Position numbers and translations under genes: made by a program. Shown here one piece after another: positions 37,313-48,035 of a stretch of DNA of 64,000 nucleotides. The DNA lies in assembly GCA_041651055.1 (NCBI GenBank), contig JBAZJW010000004.1, positions 2,018 through 66,017 on the forward strand. The letters run 5' to 3'. The notes under the pieces were generated by a model, which saw only the letters and a list, made by a program, of their open reading frames with translations, was not told where the DNA came from and did no database searches. The stretch comes from Minisyncoccota bacterium (GTDB lineage Bacteria > Patescibacteriota > Minisyncoccia > Phycocordibacterales > UBA5272). Position 1 is the first letter of the stretch; every line of letters begins with the position of its first letter.

Positions 37313-38298
37313 CAGCGTTTCCTCATGTGTGCAATAATATCATTTAATATAGAATCAAGTGTTCTACCACTACGTTTTGCTTCTTGTCTGAGTTCCCCTA
37401 TAGTTGGTCGCCAAGGACTGCCATCTGCATTTTTACCAACTGGTAGTTCTATACCCACTAAACTACCACCTGATCTAAGTGTGTTTGGTTCCCATATATA
37501 AAACCTACCAGAATTATCTAGTATCAAATCATTAAGCTGTCTTGCTATCTCCATACCACCTTCTTTGGTTACTTTTGGTTCAGCAGCGTCTTTCATTAGT
37601 TTTTCACGACGCTCTTGTGCTTCCATACTTTGTCTATTAATCTGTATTTCGGTTGGTGGTTTAACACTAATCGTACTAGGCTTACCCTTAACTAACGTTC
37701 CTTTCTCATTAGCTTCACGTAGTTCCAGTTCTTGCTTGTTGAGTTTACTAGGATGCGCAGTCATAATATGTTGATACTCAGCATCGGTTAACTCTATCGT
37801 AAACCCATTAGTCATATTAGTATAACTCTGCTTACTCTCCTTCTCCTCTTTCTTAGCAGCAGCGTCCTTAGCACCTTTCAACCTAGCTTCTAGTTCCTGT
37901 ATCTCCAACCCGCGCTTCTTGAGTTCATGCTCCCTAGTGAGTGCACTCTCACCACGCTTTAATCCATACTCCTCAGCCTCCTGTCCCATCTTCCACTTCT
38001 CGTGTCCCATCTTCTCGCGTTCTAACTCATACTTAGCCTTATCCCACGGAGCAATCTCCTTTGGTTGTAACCACCCAATCCCACCAATACTCAACACTCC
38101 AGGTGTCTTAGCACCCTTCTCAGGATCAACAGGCTCCCAATGACCACTCTCAATTAACTTCATATACGTCTGCAACGCATCCTTACCACGGTCTAACTCC
38201 TCTTGTCGATACTTCTCCTGCGTTGCAGCAGCACCTTTAAGATACCCACCTGCAAGCGACCCAATTCCAGGCGCAGCATTGTCTAAGAACGTAGCCAT
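37312..38298 (-). CDS. Putative internal virion protein
   Basis: Gly-rich N-terminus then charged coiled coil; position after nozzle. Confidence 0.55.
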   Translation of the reverse strand: MATFLDNAAPGIGSLAGGYLKGAAATQEKYRQEELDRGKDALQTYMKLIESGHWEPVDPEKGAKTPGVLSIGGIGWLQPKEIAPWDKAKYELEREKMGHEKWKMGQEAEEYGLKRGESALTREHELKKRGLEIQELEARLKGAKDAAAKKEEKESKQSYTNMTNGFTIELTDAEYQHIMTAHPSKLNKQELELREANEKGTLVKGKPSTISVKPPTEIQINRQSMEAQERREKLMKDAAEPKVTKEGGMEIARQLNDLILDNSGRFYIWEPNTLRSGGSLVGIELPVGKNADGSPWRPTIGELRQEAKRSGRTLDSILNDIIAHMRKR

Positions 38299-38308
38299 TT
38301 AGAACCTC

Positions 38309-39124
38309 CTATCTATAGATAAACCTAGCTTCTGACGGCCAGTCTTCAGTAAACGTTTCAGCAGATGTTTTTGCAGGTGTGGTGGTTACCTGTCCAGTTG
38401 TACTAGCTGGAGTCTTAGAACTCAACTTAGCCAACGACTCACCAATCCCACTCAACGTTTCACCCGTATCCTTGTTCTGATAATACGACGTCTGCATTAC
38501 CTGATTAGGCGAGGCAGCAGCTGTAGTCGGATACCCCTGTAGTATCCCACTAGCTGACTGATACCCCGTGTTCAAATTCGTAGGTTGTGTCTTACCAAAC
38601 TCCAATGCCTTACCCATGTACTCGTTCTTCAACGTAAGGTTCAACGTCTTCCTATCCTCACGTGACTTAGCAGTCGCAGCAGCTTTCTCGTCTTGGGCTT
38701 TCATAGCAACATCAGCTAACATTCTCATTTTCAACCCACCCGTTGGCACCTTATCTGCTATCATACGTCTGGCTGTCTCAGCCTGTGCGTCTATGTCACG
38801 TAGCTTAGCCTGCGTTGCATATTCAATCTCGTCAAATTGACTCTTAAACACATCCAACGCTTCTGGCTCAGCACCCTGTAAAATTGCACGAAACAACCCG
38901 GCTGTCCTACCCCATGACTCAGGATCATTCATAGACTCAACAGATGAGAGATTTTTCAAGGCCATCTGTCTAATCAAATCCTGGTTAGCAGATATACGAC
39001 TTCCTTGTGCTTCTGATGCTTCAACTTGATTATTATAATCGCTCTGACCTTTAATACTACTATACAAACTCGCAGCAGAACCTACCCCACCTACGATAGC
39101 AGAAAACGTATCTAACCAGCCCAT
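38309..39124 (-). CDS. Putative ejection (pilot) protein
   Basis: MGWLDTFSAIVGGVGSAASL N-terminus, A/Q-rich helices. Confidence 0.55.
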   Translation of the reverse strand: MGWLDTFSAIVGGVGSAASLYSSIKGQSDYNNQVEASEAQGSRISANQDLIRQMALKNLSSVESMNDPESWGRTAGLFRAILQGAEPEALDVFKSQFDEIEYATQAKLRDIDAQAETARRMIADKVPTGGLKMRMLADVAMKAQDEKAAATAKSREDRKTLNLTLKNEYMGKALEFGKTQPTNLNTGYQSASGILQGYPTTAAASPNQVMQTSYYQNKDTGETLSGIGESLAKLSSKTPASTTGQVTTTPAKTSAETFTEDWPSEARFIYR

Positions 39125-39135
39125 TCTAGTACCTC

Positions 39136-39429
39136 CTATGGATACACCCTACCTATGTTAGTCAACACCACCGTCCCTGCTGAGTTAATAGTCACACGCC
39201 AATAACTAGCCGGGTTTCCGTTATCTCTCAACACAACTCCCTTAGTATTATCCGTTATAACCACATCACTCCCATGCTCAACATAATTATAAAACTTCCC
39301 ATGACCTCGATAACCCTCTAAGTTATCCATTCGTGTGCTTATCAACTCAAATATCCTATTAGCCTCAAGCACCCAGTCATAAGGATCGTCACCTCTAATT
39401 TTATACATTGTCCCGGCTTGCTCGGTCAT
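39136..39429 (-). CDS. Small tail protein
   Basis: C-terminal GVVLRD...YWRVTINSAGTV fibre-type motif. Confidence 0.5.
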   Translation of the reverse strand: MTEQAGTMYKIRGDDPYDWVLEANRIFELISTRMDNLEGYRGHGKFYNYVEHGSDVVITDNTKGVVLRDNGNPASYWRVTINSAGTVVLTNIGRVYP

Positions 39430-41300
39430 CGCACTTCAATCTCCCTTAACTCGTGGCTCGTAGGCCCGGCATTAGTATTAGTCGCCTTAACATATACAAA
39501 CCTACCCTTAATCTTAGACTCAAAACTCCTCCAGTTATACGCATCAGCATGTGTGAGACTCGTCAACGTCACACTATACCTAGACACCCCATCCACAAAA
39601 AACTCCAACGTCCAACTCCCATCAGCATCGACCCTATATTCTTTTAACCAAGACGTCTCAGTCACTCGTTTAGCTTTCACACCATATGCTACTTCTGGAC
39701 TCTTAACCAGGTCTTCTGGAGCAGATGTGAAGTCATAATTCTTAGTCACTACCTCTACCGAAATACTTTCATCTGTTGTACCTACATCACCACTCAACAA
39801 CTGATACACCGTTGAATTACCACTACTTGTACTAAACTGGTAATCCGTTGACCCATACAACACCCCATTAGCATCATCACCGAAAATATCGTCTAGTCTA
39901 GTTGTTATGAGTCTCCACTGTTTCTCAACAGGGTTGAATTCTAGCAAGTTATTAGCCGACGTCCCGGTGGTGTCTTTCATAGGTGCAATCAAATAATACC
40001 TACCATTATAACAGGTAGCTCTACACTTACTCGGGGCTTGGTCTCTATCGACTACCGAATACAACGACGTTGGACTCTGCCAAAACGCCTTCTCGATGGG
40101 TGTACTCACACACGTACTCTTAACCCCATCAAACATATACACCCCATCTCTAGCTAAGTAATAAATCCCCCCACCTACGCTAGCTACCGACCACCTTGCA
40201 TACGTCCCAACTGTAGCTTTGGTCTCATCAGTTGTAAACGTATCAGGATATTCAGTGTAACCACTCAACCCAACCACACTATGCTGGGTAACAATATACA
40301 ACTTCCCTTCTGCTATGGCTAGGTTTTGTACCACCGTACCAGCCTGGCCCGCTTCGACATAATACGTCGACGGCCAGCTGTCTGGTTGGTCTGCAATACA
40401 ATTATAAACTCTATTTCTATAATTCGTATCACCCGTTAAAAACAACACATTTTTCAACGCCATAACCACATCGCACGTAGGTGGTATCCCAGCGTCTGTT
40501 ACAGCAACTTGAGTGAGGTTACTATCAGGTATCGTGTCGACATAATATGTCACTACATTATCAGGTATAATGGCTATTAAGTATCTAGTCCCACCATCGG
40601 CTATAGTTCTATACAACCTTCTAGCTGTGATCCTACTATCATTAGATACTGTCAAGTTAGCAACCATCACAGATTGATCGTCTGTCACAGTTATACTCGC
40701 ACACGCAGGTGATGGCTCAGACTCAGCGCCTGTAGCGCCATCATAAAACGTATACACATACGAATACGCACCAGCTGACAACTGCCCGGTTGCCGAGTCA
40801 ATACTAACCAGCGGTGCACTCTCAGGAGCGTCGATACCCCAGGTTTTAGTAGACGTTCCGTTGTCAGCTATCATCGTAACGCCGTCGGTCATGTAGACAT
40901 AGGTATACGTACTTATCTCAGGCTTAACCGCAGCATACGAAATATGTCTAGCACTTGTCAAACTAGATGATATAGACGTGGTAACATTAGTAAGTGAATT
41001 CCACCTAGACGTGCCAGTTGATCCACTATGAAAAATCAACTGTTTATCTATACCCTCAACGTTGATCTGAAATAAATTACTAATCACTCCTACCGTTAAT
41101 TGACTATTAAAATACGGCGTATGCACCGCGTGTCTCTCACGACACCTAACCGCTCCAGTATTATCGAAGTTGACATTCTTACCTACATACACGCTATCAT
41201 CGTGCATCAACTCATGCCGAGCTTTGTTTTGCCAACCTTGTTTAAAATCACCAATTAAAAGGCTCATTTTCTGTTGAATATCCTCCGCACTGAATCGCAC
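39426..41300 (-). CDS. Tail nozzle / tubular protein B-like
   Basis: NVNFDNTGAVRCR N-terminus, YSYVYTFY...ESEPSP, RLYRT, YYLARDGVYMFDG propeller pattern. Confidence 0.7.
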   Translation of the reverse strand: MRFSAEDIQQKMSLLIGDFKQGWQNKARHELMHDDSVYVGKNVNFDNTGAVRCRERHAVHTPYFNSQLTVGVISNLFQINVEGIDKQLIFHSGSTGTSRWNSLTNVTTSISSSLTSARHISYAAVKPEISTYTYVYMTDGVTMIADNGTSTKTWGIDAPESAPLVSIDSATGQLSAGAYSYVYTFYDGATGAESEPSPACASITVTDDQSVMVANLTVSNDSRITARRLYRTIADGGTRYLIAIIPDNVVTYYVDTIPDSNLTQVAVTDAGIPPTCDVVMALKNVLFLTGDTNYRNRVYNCIADQPDSWPSTYYVEAGQAGTVVQNLAIAEGKLYIVTQHSVVGLSGYTEYPDTFTTDETKATVGTYARWSVASVGGGIYYLARDGVYMFDGVKSTCVSTPIEKAFWQSPTSLYSVVDRDQAPSKCRATCYNGRYYLIAPMKDTTGTSANNLLEFNPVEKQWRLITTRLDDIFGDDANGVLYGSTDYQFSTSSGNSTVYQLLSGDVGTTDESISVEVVTKNYDFTSAPEDLVKSPEVAYGVKAKRVTETSWLKEYRVDADGSWTLEFFVDGVSRYSVTLTSLTHADAYNWRSFESKIKGRFVYVKATNTNAGPTSHELREIEVR

Positions 41301-42340
41301 TCCAACATAAATATAACCTCAAATGCCTTAGCTTTGTCAACATCTCTACCAGAACCTTCTGCGTTGAAGGCTAGTGCCAACACGCCATGCTGGATAATAG
41401 GTATAAAGCAGTCATTCAAATAAATCTCACTCTCAACATTAGGCGTATCGTCTATTAGTCCCTTATACCACACATGCAACGCACCATCTGATACCCTACC
41501 CATTGTAACAATCCCATACGGACCATCTAACCTAACTACTGCCGTTGGCGTACTTGCTACTCCCTGTGCATAGGCGTCACTAACTGTACCATAATTAGAC
41601 GTGAAGTCTTGATTCACGCCGTTTATTTCCATTCTAGTTAACTTACCATACTGTCCAGATGTTAATATCACACCACTATCATCAGCAGTTACTGACCATC
41701 CCATACTACTGGAGTCTGCTAATACTACTGTATTAGCTGTAGTTGTTGCAGACGTAGTCGCAGACAATACTCCACTTGTGTCAACTGACAGCGACCAAAA
41801 TGTTGTAGGTCCACTTAATATAATTGTTTGGGTAGTACCAGTGAGCACAGATGTTGTGGACAATACTCCACTAGTATTTACACTTACTGTCCACAACGCG
41901 TCACTTGAATCCGCTAAGGTAACACTCGTAACCACTTCCCATCCAAACGGTCCGATTGCTCCAGTAGGTACAGGTACCACTCTAACTGTTGCATCCCTAC
42001 CTGTGCCCATTACTGTAGCTGCAAGCGGACTCGTGCCTGTGGTTCCTAATGACCACGTCGCGGTCACGAAGTCTAACTCACCTAATGATACTATGTCTAG
42101 CTGAGATTTGTCATAACTCACATAATGCGCGTTTAGGAAATTACTCGGTACATTAGCCTCACCCGTTGTGGTACTAACATACCTAAGTGAATCTCCATCT
42201 ACAATAAGAGTTGCTTCTGCAAATCGTCTGAGAGTTTTACGTAAATAACTAAGTATACTAGCGGGTGTCCAAATAGGCGCATAAGTGACGTCTTCACCTA
42301 ATAAGTCTAACACATCTGAGATAAAGTCGTTAGCTTTCAT
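41264..42340 (-). CDS. Head-tail adaptor-like protein with inserted beta repeats
   Basis: Helical N/C termini, VRVVPVP, three internal repeats. Confidence 0.55.
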   Translation of the reverse strand: MKANDFISDVLDLLGEDVTYAPIWTPASILSYLRKTLRRFAEATLIVDGDSLRYVSTTTGEANVPSNFLNAHYVSYDKSQLDIVSLGELDFVTATWSLGTTGTSPLAATVMGTGRDATVRVVPVPTGAIGPFGWEVVTSVTLADSSDALWTVSVNTSGVLSTTSVLTGTTQTIILSGPTTFWSLSVDTSGVLSATTSATTTANTVVLADSSSMGWSVTADDSGVILTSGQYGKLTRMEINGVNQDFTSNYGTVSDAYAQGVASTPTAVVRLDGPYGIVTMGRVSDGALHVWYKGLIDDTPNVESEIYLNDCFIPIIQHGVLALAFNAEGSGRDVDKAKAFEVIFMLECDSVRRIFNRK

Positions 42341-42350
42341 ATGAGTCCTG

Positions 42351-43085
42351 TTATGTGGTTTCCTCTTTCTCCTGCTTAGGTGCAGCTACCTTTCGCTGTT
42401 GCTCAGTAATGTTGTCATATATAAACTCTGGTGGGAATGGTTCATGATCCCGGCCACCCGGAAAACGTGACTTAACACTAACCGTGAATTTGTCTAATTC
42501 CTCAGTATACTTTTTATACTCATCTACCATATCCTTAGCTCTACCAGGTTCACTAGCAAACGCAGCAAACCTAGTATACCTAAACAACACCATAACATGA
42601 CTATCAGGAATCCTAGGTACCGATGTAGACGTCAACGTCGCAGGTTCAAACGCCCCAATAATCGTATATTGACTATCCCCCTGATCGTCTATTGGACACG
42701 TCACGATAGCAGCATGTGCATAGTTAAATGGATTCAACAACGTATAATACTGCGCCCCGGCTGAGTCTACAGTACCTTCCCACCCACTTGCATAGAACTC
42801 AAATTGATCTAACATACACGGATGAATACGCTTGCCTGAGTTGCTGTCTGCTATATATAAGGGTGCTATACAAACTTCACTACTACTTCCCAACGGTACC
42901 GCAAAGAAGTTTCTAGTACCGTCTATGTTAATACTATCTCTGCGTTCGTCGAACAACGTGAACAACGCAGTAAGTTTGTATCCTTCGTTTAGACGTTCCA
43001 ATAAAAACGCGTCTGTGCGATAGATGTTGTCGTCTTCTAGAGAGGTTTTAATTGTCGTTAACAACTCTGAAGTTAGCATTATCAC
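42351..43085 (-). CDS. Head-tail adaptor-like protein
   Basis: LLERLNEGY, PRIPDSHVMVL adaptor pattern. Confidence 0.55.
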   Translation of the reverse strand: MIMLTSELLTTIKTSLEDDNIYRTDAFLLERLNEGYKLTALFTLFDERRDSINIDGTRNFFAVPLGSSSEVCIAPLYIADSNSGKRIHPCMLDQFEFYASGWEGTVDSAGAQYYTLLNPFNYAHAAIVTCPIDDQGDSQYTIIGAFEPATLTSTSVPRIPDSHVMVLFRYTRFAAFASEPGRAKDMVDEYKKYTEELDKFTVSVKSRFPGGRDHEPFPPEFIYDNITEQQRKVAAPKQEKEETT

Positions 43086-45523
43086 TCCTGCATATAAGGT
43101 CCAACTAGATCATAGAATGTTGTAAGTGGACTAGCCCCGGCGTGGTTCTGGTCAAACACAACCACCCCCACAGGAACCCAATCAGGGTTAGGTAACTTAG
43201 GCAACTGTGCAGATACTGACGCCGCTGCTGTAGGACCAACAATATAATGTCCAGGTAACCCACTTGATGAAGCTATACACAACAGGGCTTTCTTGTACTC
43301 ACCAGAACCCGTAGTTTCACTCGTCAAATCCCAAAAATCGTCTGTTGCGTCTTTTCCTTGAACTATTCTATTACCACCTATCGTAAATACTATATCATTA
43401 GTTGTCTTGACATAACCACCAGTTGACGCAGTAGAACACCCAGCGCCGGTTGTGCCAAATACATAATTATAACTAGTTGCTCTAACCGTCATATTATAGT
43501 TAGTTGCTAATGTCGTTCCCATGCTAATGTTCGTAGCAGCGTAAGGAACATCATTGCCACTAATGTTCATCTTACATGTTCCAGTTAGGAAACAAGAAGC
43601 AATACTTATTCCTTTCTCTCCACTTGAAGCGTCTAAGTATATTCTATTATTCTTACATACAACAGTGTCCGTATAATTATGTGGAGTAGCACCAGCGGCG
43701 GAATAACCAAAAGCAATACCAACCATATTATCAGCATACGTGTCATCTGGTATTCCTATTAGATTATTGACAATATCCACACCATGTCCATAAAAGAACC
43801 ATATAGAAACACCACCATTAACTGGATCAGGTCTAAATTGATTGTTAGCAATAAACACGTTTTTAGGTATCTCATTAGTTGTATTTGCATTACCGTTCAT
43901 GTTACCAATAGCAATACCGTGTTGAATGAACCTATCATAGTTGCAGTTAGTTATTTTAATGTTTTCACACACACTATCACTATCACCCATAATCCCAGTA
44001 GCCATACCATAACAGTTTTGAAAGTGCACCCCATCAACGGTGACATTAGCACTTCTAGCTATTTGCAACGCAGGTAGTAAACTAATTCCACCCGCAGCAT
44101 AAACTGTTGCACGGTGATTTTTTATCTCACCACCAATTATTCTAACATTTTTAGACCTACCAACATAGATACTATGTCTACCACAGTCATCAAATGTGTT
44201 ACCTATTAGATCAACATTACCTTCATGTGGACAGGTTATTACGACCGTGGCCCCGACACTTTCATCTGACAACGTCTCATTTACTGTCATGGACGTTCCA
44301 GTAACTCCAGTAACATTAAACGTAGCACAGTTGGTAGTTGCAGTTGCACCTGTAATGGTAATCTTATCACCTATCGCAAAACCATCCACTAAATACGACG
44401 CATTAGCATCACTAATAACTCCTCCTGACGCAGTGAAGCTAACGGTTGTAGACGATTTATATGTTCCAGTTGCTATATCAATTCCGTAACCTTGTCCGGC
44501 TGTGGATGTAGCATTAGCTCTAATGTCTTTTATTAGACAATTTTCAACTACTGCGTTTTTCCATGTACCACTAAGATTAGCATTTAACACTATACCTTGA
44601 TTCACATCATGTATATACAAGTTACTAAACCTAGTATTACTAATCGTCTGTCCAGATGCTGCACTAATTCCACCTTGAAAATCACTTATTGTACTATTAC
44701 CCTCACCTACGAGTTCGAGACCTTCTATAACTATATCATCACAAGTATCTGCTAACTGGAATATAACAGCAGTTGTGCTGGCTGCAGACAGTGTAATACT
44801 ACCATTACCTTTAATAGTTAAGTGTGTTTTACTCGTAATCGTCAACCCAGTAGCTATTGTATAATCCCCATCCATGATGATGGTTGAGTTAGTGGGAGCT
44901 GCTGTAATACACGCCTGTATGGGTACACCAGTTACTCCCCACCATTCAGGTCTAAATGTACCACCGGTGCTAAATGCGTAGGTTCCCGATCCAGAGAAGA
45001 TGTTTTGAGTTGGACCAGCTATAATGTTAGAAGGAGACGGCAACGTAACTGTTATTCCACCAGACGTAGAAAAATACGCCCCGTTTTCAAACTCAAACAT
45101 TATATTAGAATAACTACCTAAATTCAACGAAGTGGCAAACGCGTAGGTAGTTGTACTATCTGCTCTTGTGTGTGGAATTACAACGGTGGCTTTTTTAGTA
45201 GTTCCGATAGTTTCACATATCCCTTTCAATGTGCTACCGTAACCAGTTACTCCATGGTTAGCCTCAGATGAACTAACATAATATCGCATACGTTCATAGC
45301 TACCGTCACCTCTACTTAGGTAACTACTAACCGTCACACCTGTAGCAGTCATTGTGTAGTCTTTATTAATTACACCATCAATGGTTACTCCAGTGGCAGA
45401 CGTATATTCACTTATCACATCAGCCTTAAAGCTACCACCAGGACTCACTGCACAGGTACCAGTTGTAAACGTGTGCGTCGCGGTTATGCTACCGTTGACA
45501 CTTTCTGTTAGGTGTTTAGGCAT
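43082..45523 (-). CDS. Tailspike-like right-handed beta-helix protein
   Basis: RPEWWG motif followed by N/I-rich parallel beta-helix repeats. Confidence 0.75.
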   Translation of the reverse strand: MPKHLTESVNGSITATHTFTTGTCAVSPGGSFKADVISEYTSATGVTIDGVINKDYTMTATGVTVSSYLSRGDGSYERMRYYVSSSEANHGVTGYGSTLKGICETIGTTKKATVVIPHTRADSTTTYAFATSLNLGSYSNIMFEFENGAYFSTSGGITVTLPSPSNIIAGPTQNIFSGSGTYAFSTGGTFRPEWWGVTGVPIQACITAAPTNSTIIMDGDYTIATGLTITSKTHLTIKGNGSITLSAASTTAVIFQLADTCDDIVIEGLELVGEGNSTISDFQGGISAASGQTISNTRFSNLYIHDVNQGIVLNANLSGTWKNAVVENCLIKDIRANATSTAGQGYGIDIATGTYKSSTTVSFTASGGVISDANASYLVDGFAIGDKITITGATATTNCATFNVTGVTGTSMTVNETLSDESVGATVVITCPHEGNVDLIGNTFDDCGRHSIYVGRSKNVRIIGGEIKNHRATVYAAGGISLLPALQIARSANVTVDGVHFQNCYGMATGIMGDSDSVCENIKITNCNYDRFIQHGIAIGNMNGNANTTNEIPKNVFIANNQFRPDPVNGGVSIWFFYGHGVDIVNNLIGIPDDTYADNMVGIAFGYSAAGATPHNYTDTVVCKNNRIYLDASSGEKGISIASCFLTGTCKMNISGNDVPYAATNISMGTTLATNYNMTVRATSYNYVFGTTGAGCSTASTGGYVKTTNDIVFTIGGNRIVQGKDATDDFWDLTSETTGSGEYKKALLCIASSSGLPGHYIVGPTAAASVSAQLPKLPNPDWVPVGVVVFDQNHAGASPLTTFYDLVGPYMQE

Positions 45524-46425
45524 TAAATACCCTCCACATCATGACTAACCCTGAAGTCATCGTTCCATAAGGTACCACCGGTTACGTCTCTCACACGTCT
45601 TGGCATAGACGTCGTACCCATGTCCTCTATAATTGCATCACGAAGCAAATTAGCATAGTCCGTTTTGGCGTCACGTGCTAGGCCAATAAACGCAGGGTTT
45701 TGTGTGATAGTAAATACTAACCTATAACAATCCCACAATGCTCCTGCTTCAATTAACTCAGGTCTAAACACCGGCTCGTCGGTGTCTGCACTAAGATCAG
45801 CTACGTACTTCTTATAATGTACTGTTAGCACATAATCCTGATCTGGCACGGGCCATACTTCAAATGTCACCAACCCATCACCTTTGGTCTTACTAGTGAT
45901 CCTATAATGTGTAGGCGGCCCCGTAGACGTCCTCTCAGGATCGAGTGCGTTAAGATAATTCTCACTAACTTCTCCCAACCTACTTTGATATACCAAACTC
46001 ACAATCTCCCCAACATCAGCCACTGTAGGTGTATAATATGTCCTAAATATGCCATAGTTAGTTGACGCTGCCGTTGACCCGCCATATGCAGTTAGCAATA
46101 CAATATTCGTTGCGTCGGTTATTGTTGTGATTTCATATGGTTGGGACTCACTACCAAATCTAATAAAATCCCCAACTGCGAAGTTAGTAAACGTCGTCCC
46201 CGACCCAACCACTGCAGTACTGTCATGCGTCACAGTGACAGTGTCTACAGTCGACGTATTAGCATAATCACCCTCTAGCTTAACAGTCGTTCTATCCTTT
46301 AGAAACTCCCAATCCTCAGCACCTAGAATTTGTTTATACCTGATGTTAATTCGCTGCTTGACTACCGGCATTGACAACATCGGGACGAATTCTTTGAGGT
46401 TGAGTGCCATTAATCTTAGGTTCAT
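45523..46425 (-). CDS. Head-tail adaptor-like protein with inserted beta domain
   Basis: DWEFL, TGPPTHY, FEVWPVPDQDY, DEPVF; insert TVTVT...VVGSGTTF. Confidence 0.65.
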   Translation of the reverse strand: MNLRLMALNLKEFVPMLSMPVVKQRINIRYKQILGAEDWEFLKDRTTVKLEGDYANTSTVDTVTVTHDSTAVVGSGTTFTNFAVGDFIRFGSESQPYEITTITDATNIVLLTAYGGSTAASTNYGIFRTYYTPTVADVGEIVSLVYQSRLGEVSENYLNALDPERTSTGPPTHYRITSKTKGDGLVTFEVWPVPDQDYVLTVHYKKYVADLSADTDEPVFRPELIEAGALWDCYRLVFTITQNPAFIGLARDAKTDYANLLRDAIIEDMGTTSMPRRVRDVTGGTLWNDDFRVSHDVEGI

Positions 46426-48025
46426 TTTTAGGCTCCATTTGACGTTTTACTTGATACCCACGAAGTAGAATCTGTTGTATTTGTCCTAGAAACTCTCTCG
46501 CTTCTTTGTAGCTAGGATTAAACTCTAGGCTTTTTTTAGCGTAGGCTTCGGCTGCCAGTAACCCACCCAATACTAACTGTGCTTTAGCTGCGTTTAACCA
46601 TAATTCCCAGAGTCTAATAGCACCATCATAACGATTAATACCTTCCATTGTGTAGTGCAATGCATGAATTGAGTCATTAGCAACTTGGTACATGCCACCT
46701 AGGTTGACCAATGAAAATCCATCAGTAGGCGAGTGTTTAATCGCTTTGTGGTAGTAGTCTACGCTAGAGGTTTTCTTCGCGCGAATGAAGTAATATTCAG
46801 TTAGTGTCTTATGAATGAGGTCTTTGTAGGTTGATAGTATTACAATAATTAATCCAGCTATTATGTACCATTCGGGTGTATACGTAGCATCACCTCGTAA
46901 GCATGCAAACAACACAAACCAGATCATTACGTTAGTGGGTTCTGTATGTAAGTTGTGCATAAATATACCAGATATTAATGCTGCTATTAGTGCACCTTTT
47001 AAAAGTAAGTCTGCATCTGATAGTAGTGCCATTATGATTAAACTCAAATATGCCACCAAACCAGGTATGCCTACATCACAGGCCATTTGAATGTAGTCAT
47101 TATGACACTTCTGCGGGTAGGGACAAGAGTAGTTACTTGGATCAAGAAACGCGCCGTTGGATTTGTTGTTGAGATCACGCTGTATGTAAGGTATTCTGCA
47201 CTTCAAGCAATCCAACCCAAGCCCGAATCCTGGGGTGAGTTTAATTTGTTCCCAAGCTATTCGCCAGTAGTTGAGTCTCTCCTTAAGTGTACCTTTGCTG
47301 TAGTCACTAATTAAATGCCTCCAGCCTGTTGAGAGTAACATCATTCCAATACCAATGCTCATTATAACAAGCAACGTATACACATCATCTGATTGAGTTG
47401 TTACCAACACAAACAACCCACCCACCACCATGCCTAGGTAACTACCTTTACATTTAGTAATCCAAACTGTATAACCTATTAATGCGCTGACTAGATACCA
47501 CCACCTAGACTCAGCACCCAGTAACAATGACAAAAAGAAACTCACCGCCATGAGGTTCCCAAGCATGTTAGTATTACCAATAAACCCTAGTGGAAATAGA
47601 TACTGAGGTAGTGCGTTGGATAAGTTGCGTAGTGGCTCTCGCTTAAAGACTCCCTGTAAGACAGCATACAAGCAATTAGCCACAATGCCTATCATAACAA
47701 TACCAAGACCAGTTAGATTAATACCATTAAACGCTGTCACTATGAACATAACCATCCCGGTCCAGACGCTTAACTCACTAACCCCAACATAGTGATATGG
47801 AGAAACTAACGTAGCCACGATCCACCACCCTACCATGCCTAACGTTATCCATATCACCATATCAGGTAAATAAATACTGGTACCTTCTACCCACCACTGG
47901 AGGAGGTATGCCACGCCAAGCAAAGGCATAAGTGCGCGTCTCAAGACCTCATAGGGTGCTCTAAATTGAGGCCCACTCATTAAGACGGTTAAAATGGCGA
48001 GTAGTATATAAGGTACCAGTTCCAT
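46346..48025 (-). CDS. O-antigen ligase / O-oligosaccharyltransferase (Wzy_C) family membrane protein with C-terminal TPR-like region
   Basis: Many TM helices; FIGNTNMLG, TKCKGSYLG, ERLNYW...PGFGLG, HNDYIQMACDVGIPG; TPR-like tail (AKKSLEFNPSYKEA). Confidence 0.85.
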   Translation of the reverse strand: MELVPYILLAILTVLMSGPQFRAPYEVLRRALMPLLGVAYLLQWWVEGTSIYLPDMVIWITLGMVGWWIVATLVSPYHYVGVSELSVWTGMVMFIVTAFNGINLTGLGIVMIGIVANCLYAVLQGVFKREPLRNLSNALPQYLFPLGFIGNTNMLGNLMAVSFFLSLLLGAESRWWYLVSALIGYTVWITKCKGSYLGMVVGGLFVLVTTQSDDVYTLLVIMSIGIGMMLLSTGWRHLISDYSKGTLKERLNYWRIAWEQIKLTPGFGLGLDCLKCRIPYIQRDLNNKSNGAFLDPSNYSCPYPQKCHNDYIQMACDVGIPGLVAYLSLIIMALLSDADLLLKGALIAALISGIFMHNLHTEPTNVMIWFVLFACLRGDATYTPEWYIIAGLIIVILSTYKDLIHKTLTEYYFIRAKKTSSVDYYHKAIKHSPTDGFSLVNLGGMYQVANDSIHALHYTMEGINRYDGAIRLWELWLNAAKAQLVLGGLLAAEAYAKKSLEFNPSYKEAREFLGQIQQILLRGYQVKRQMEPKNEPKINGTQPQRIRPDVVNAGSQAAN

Positions 48026-48035
48026 AAGGTTTCTC

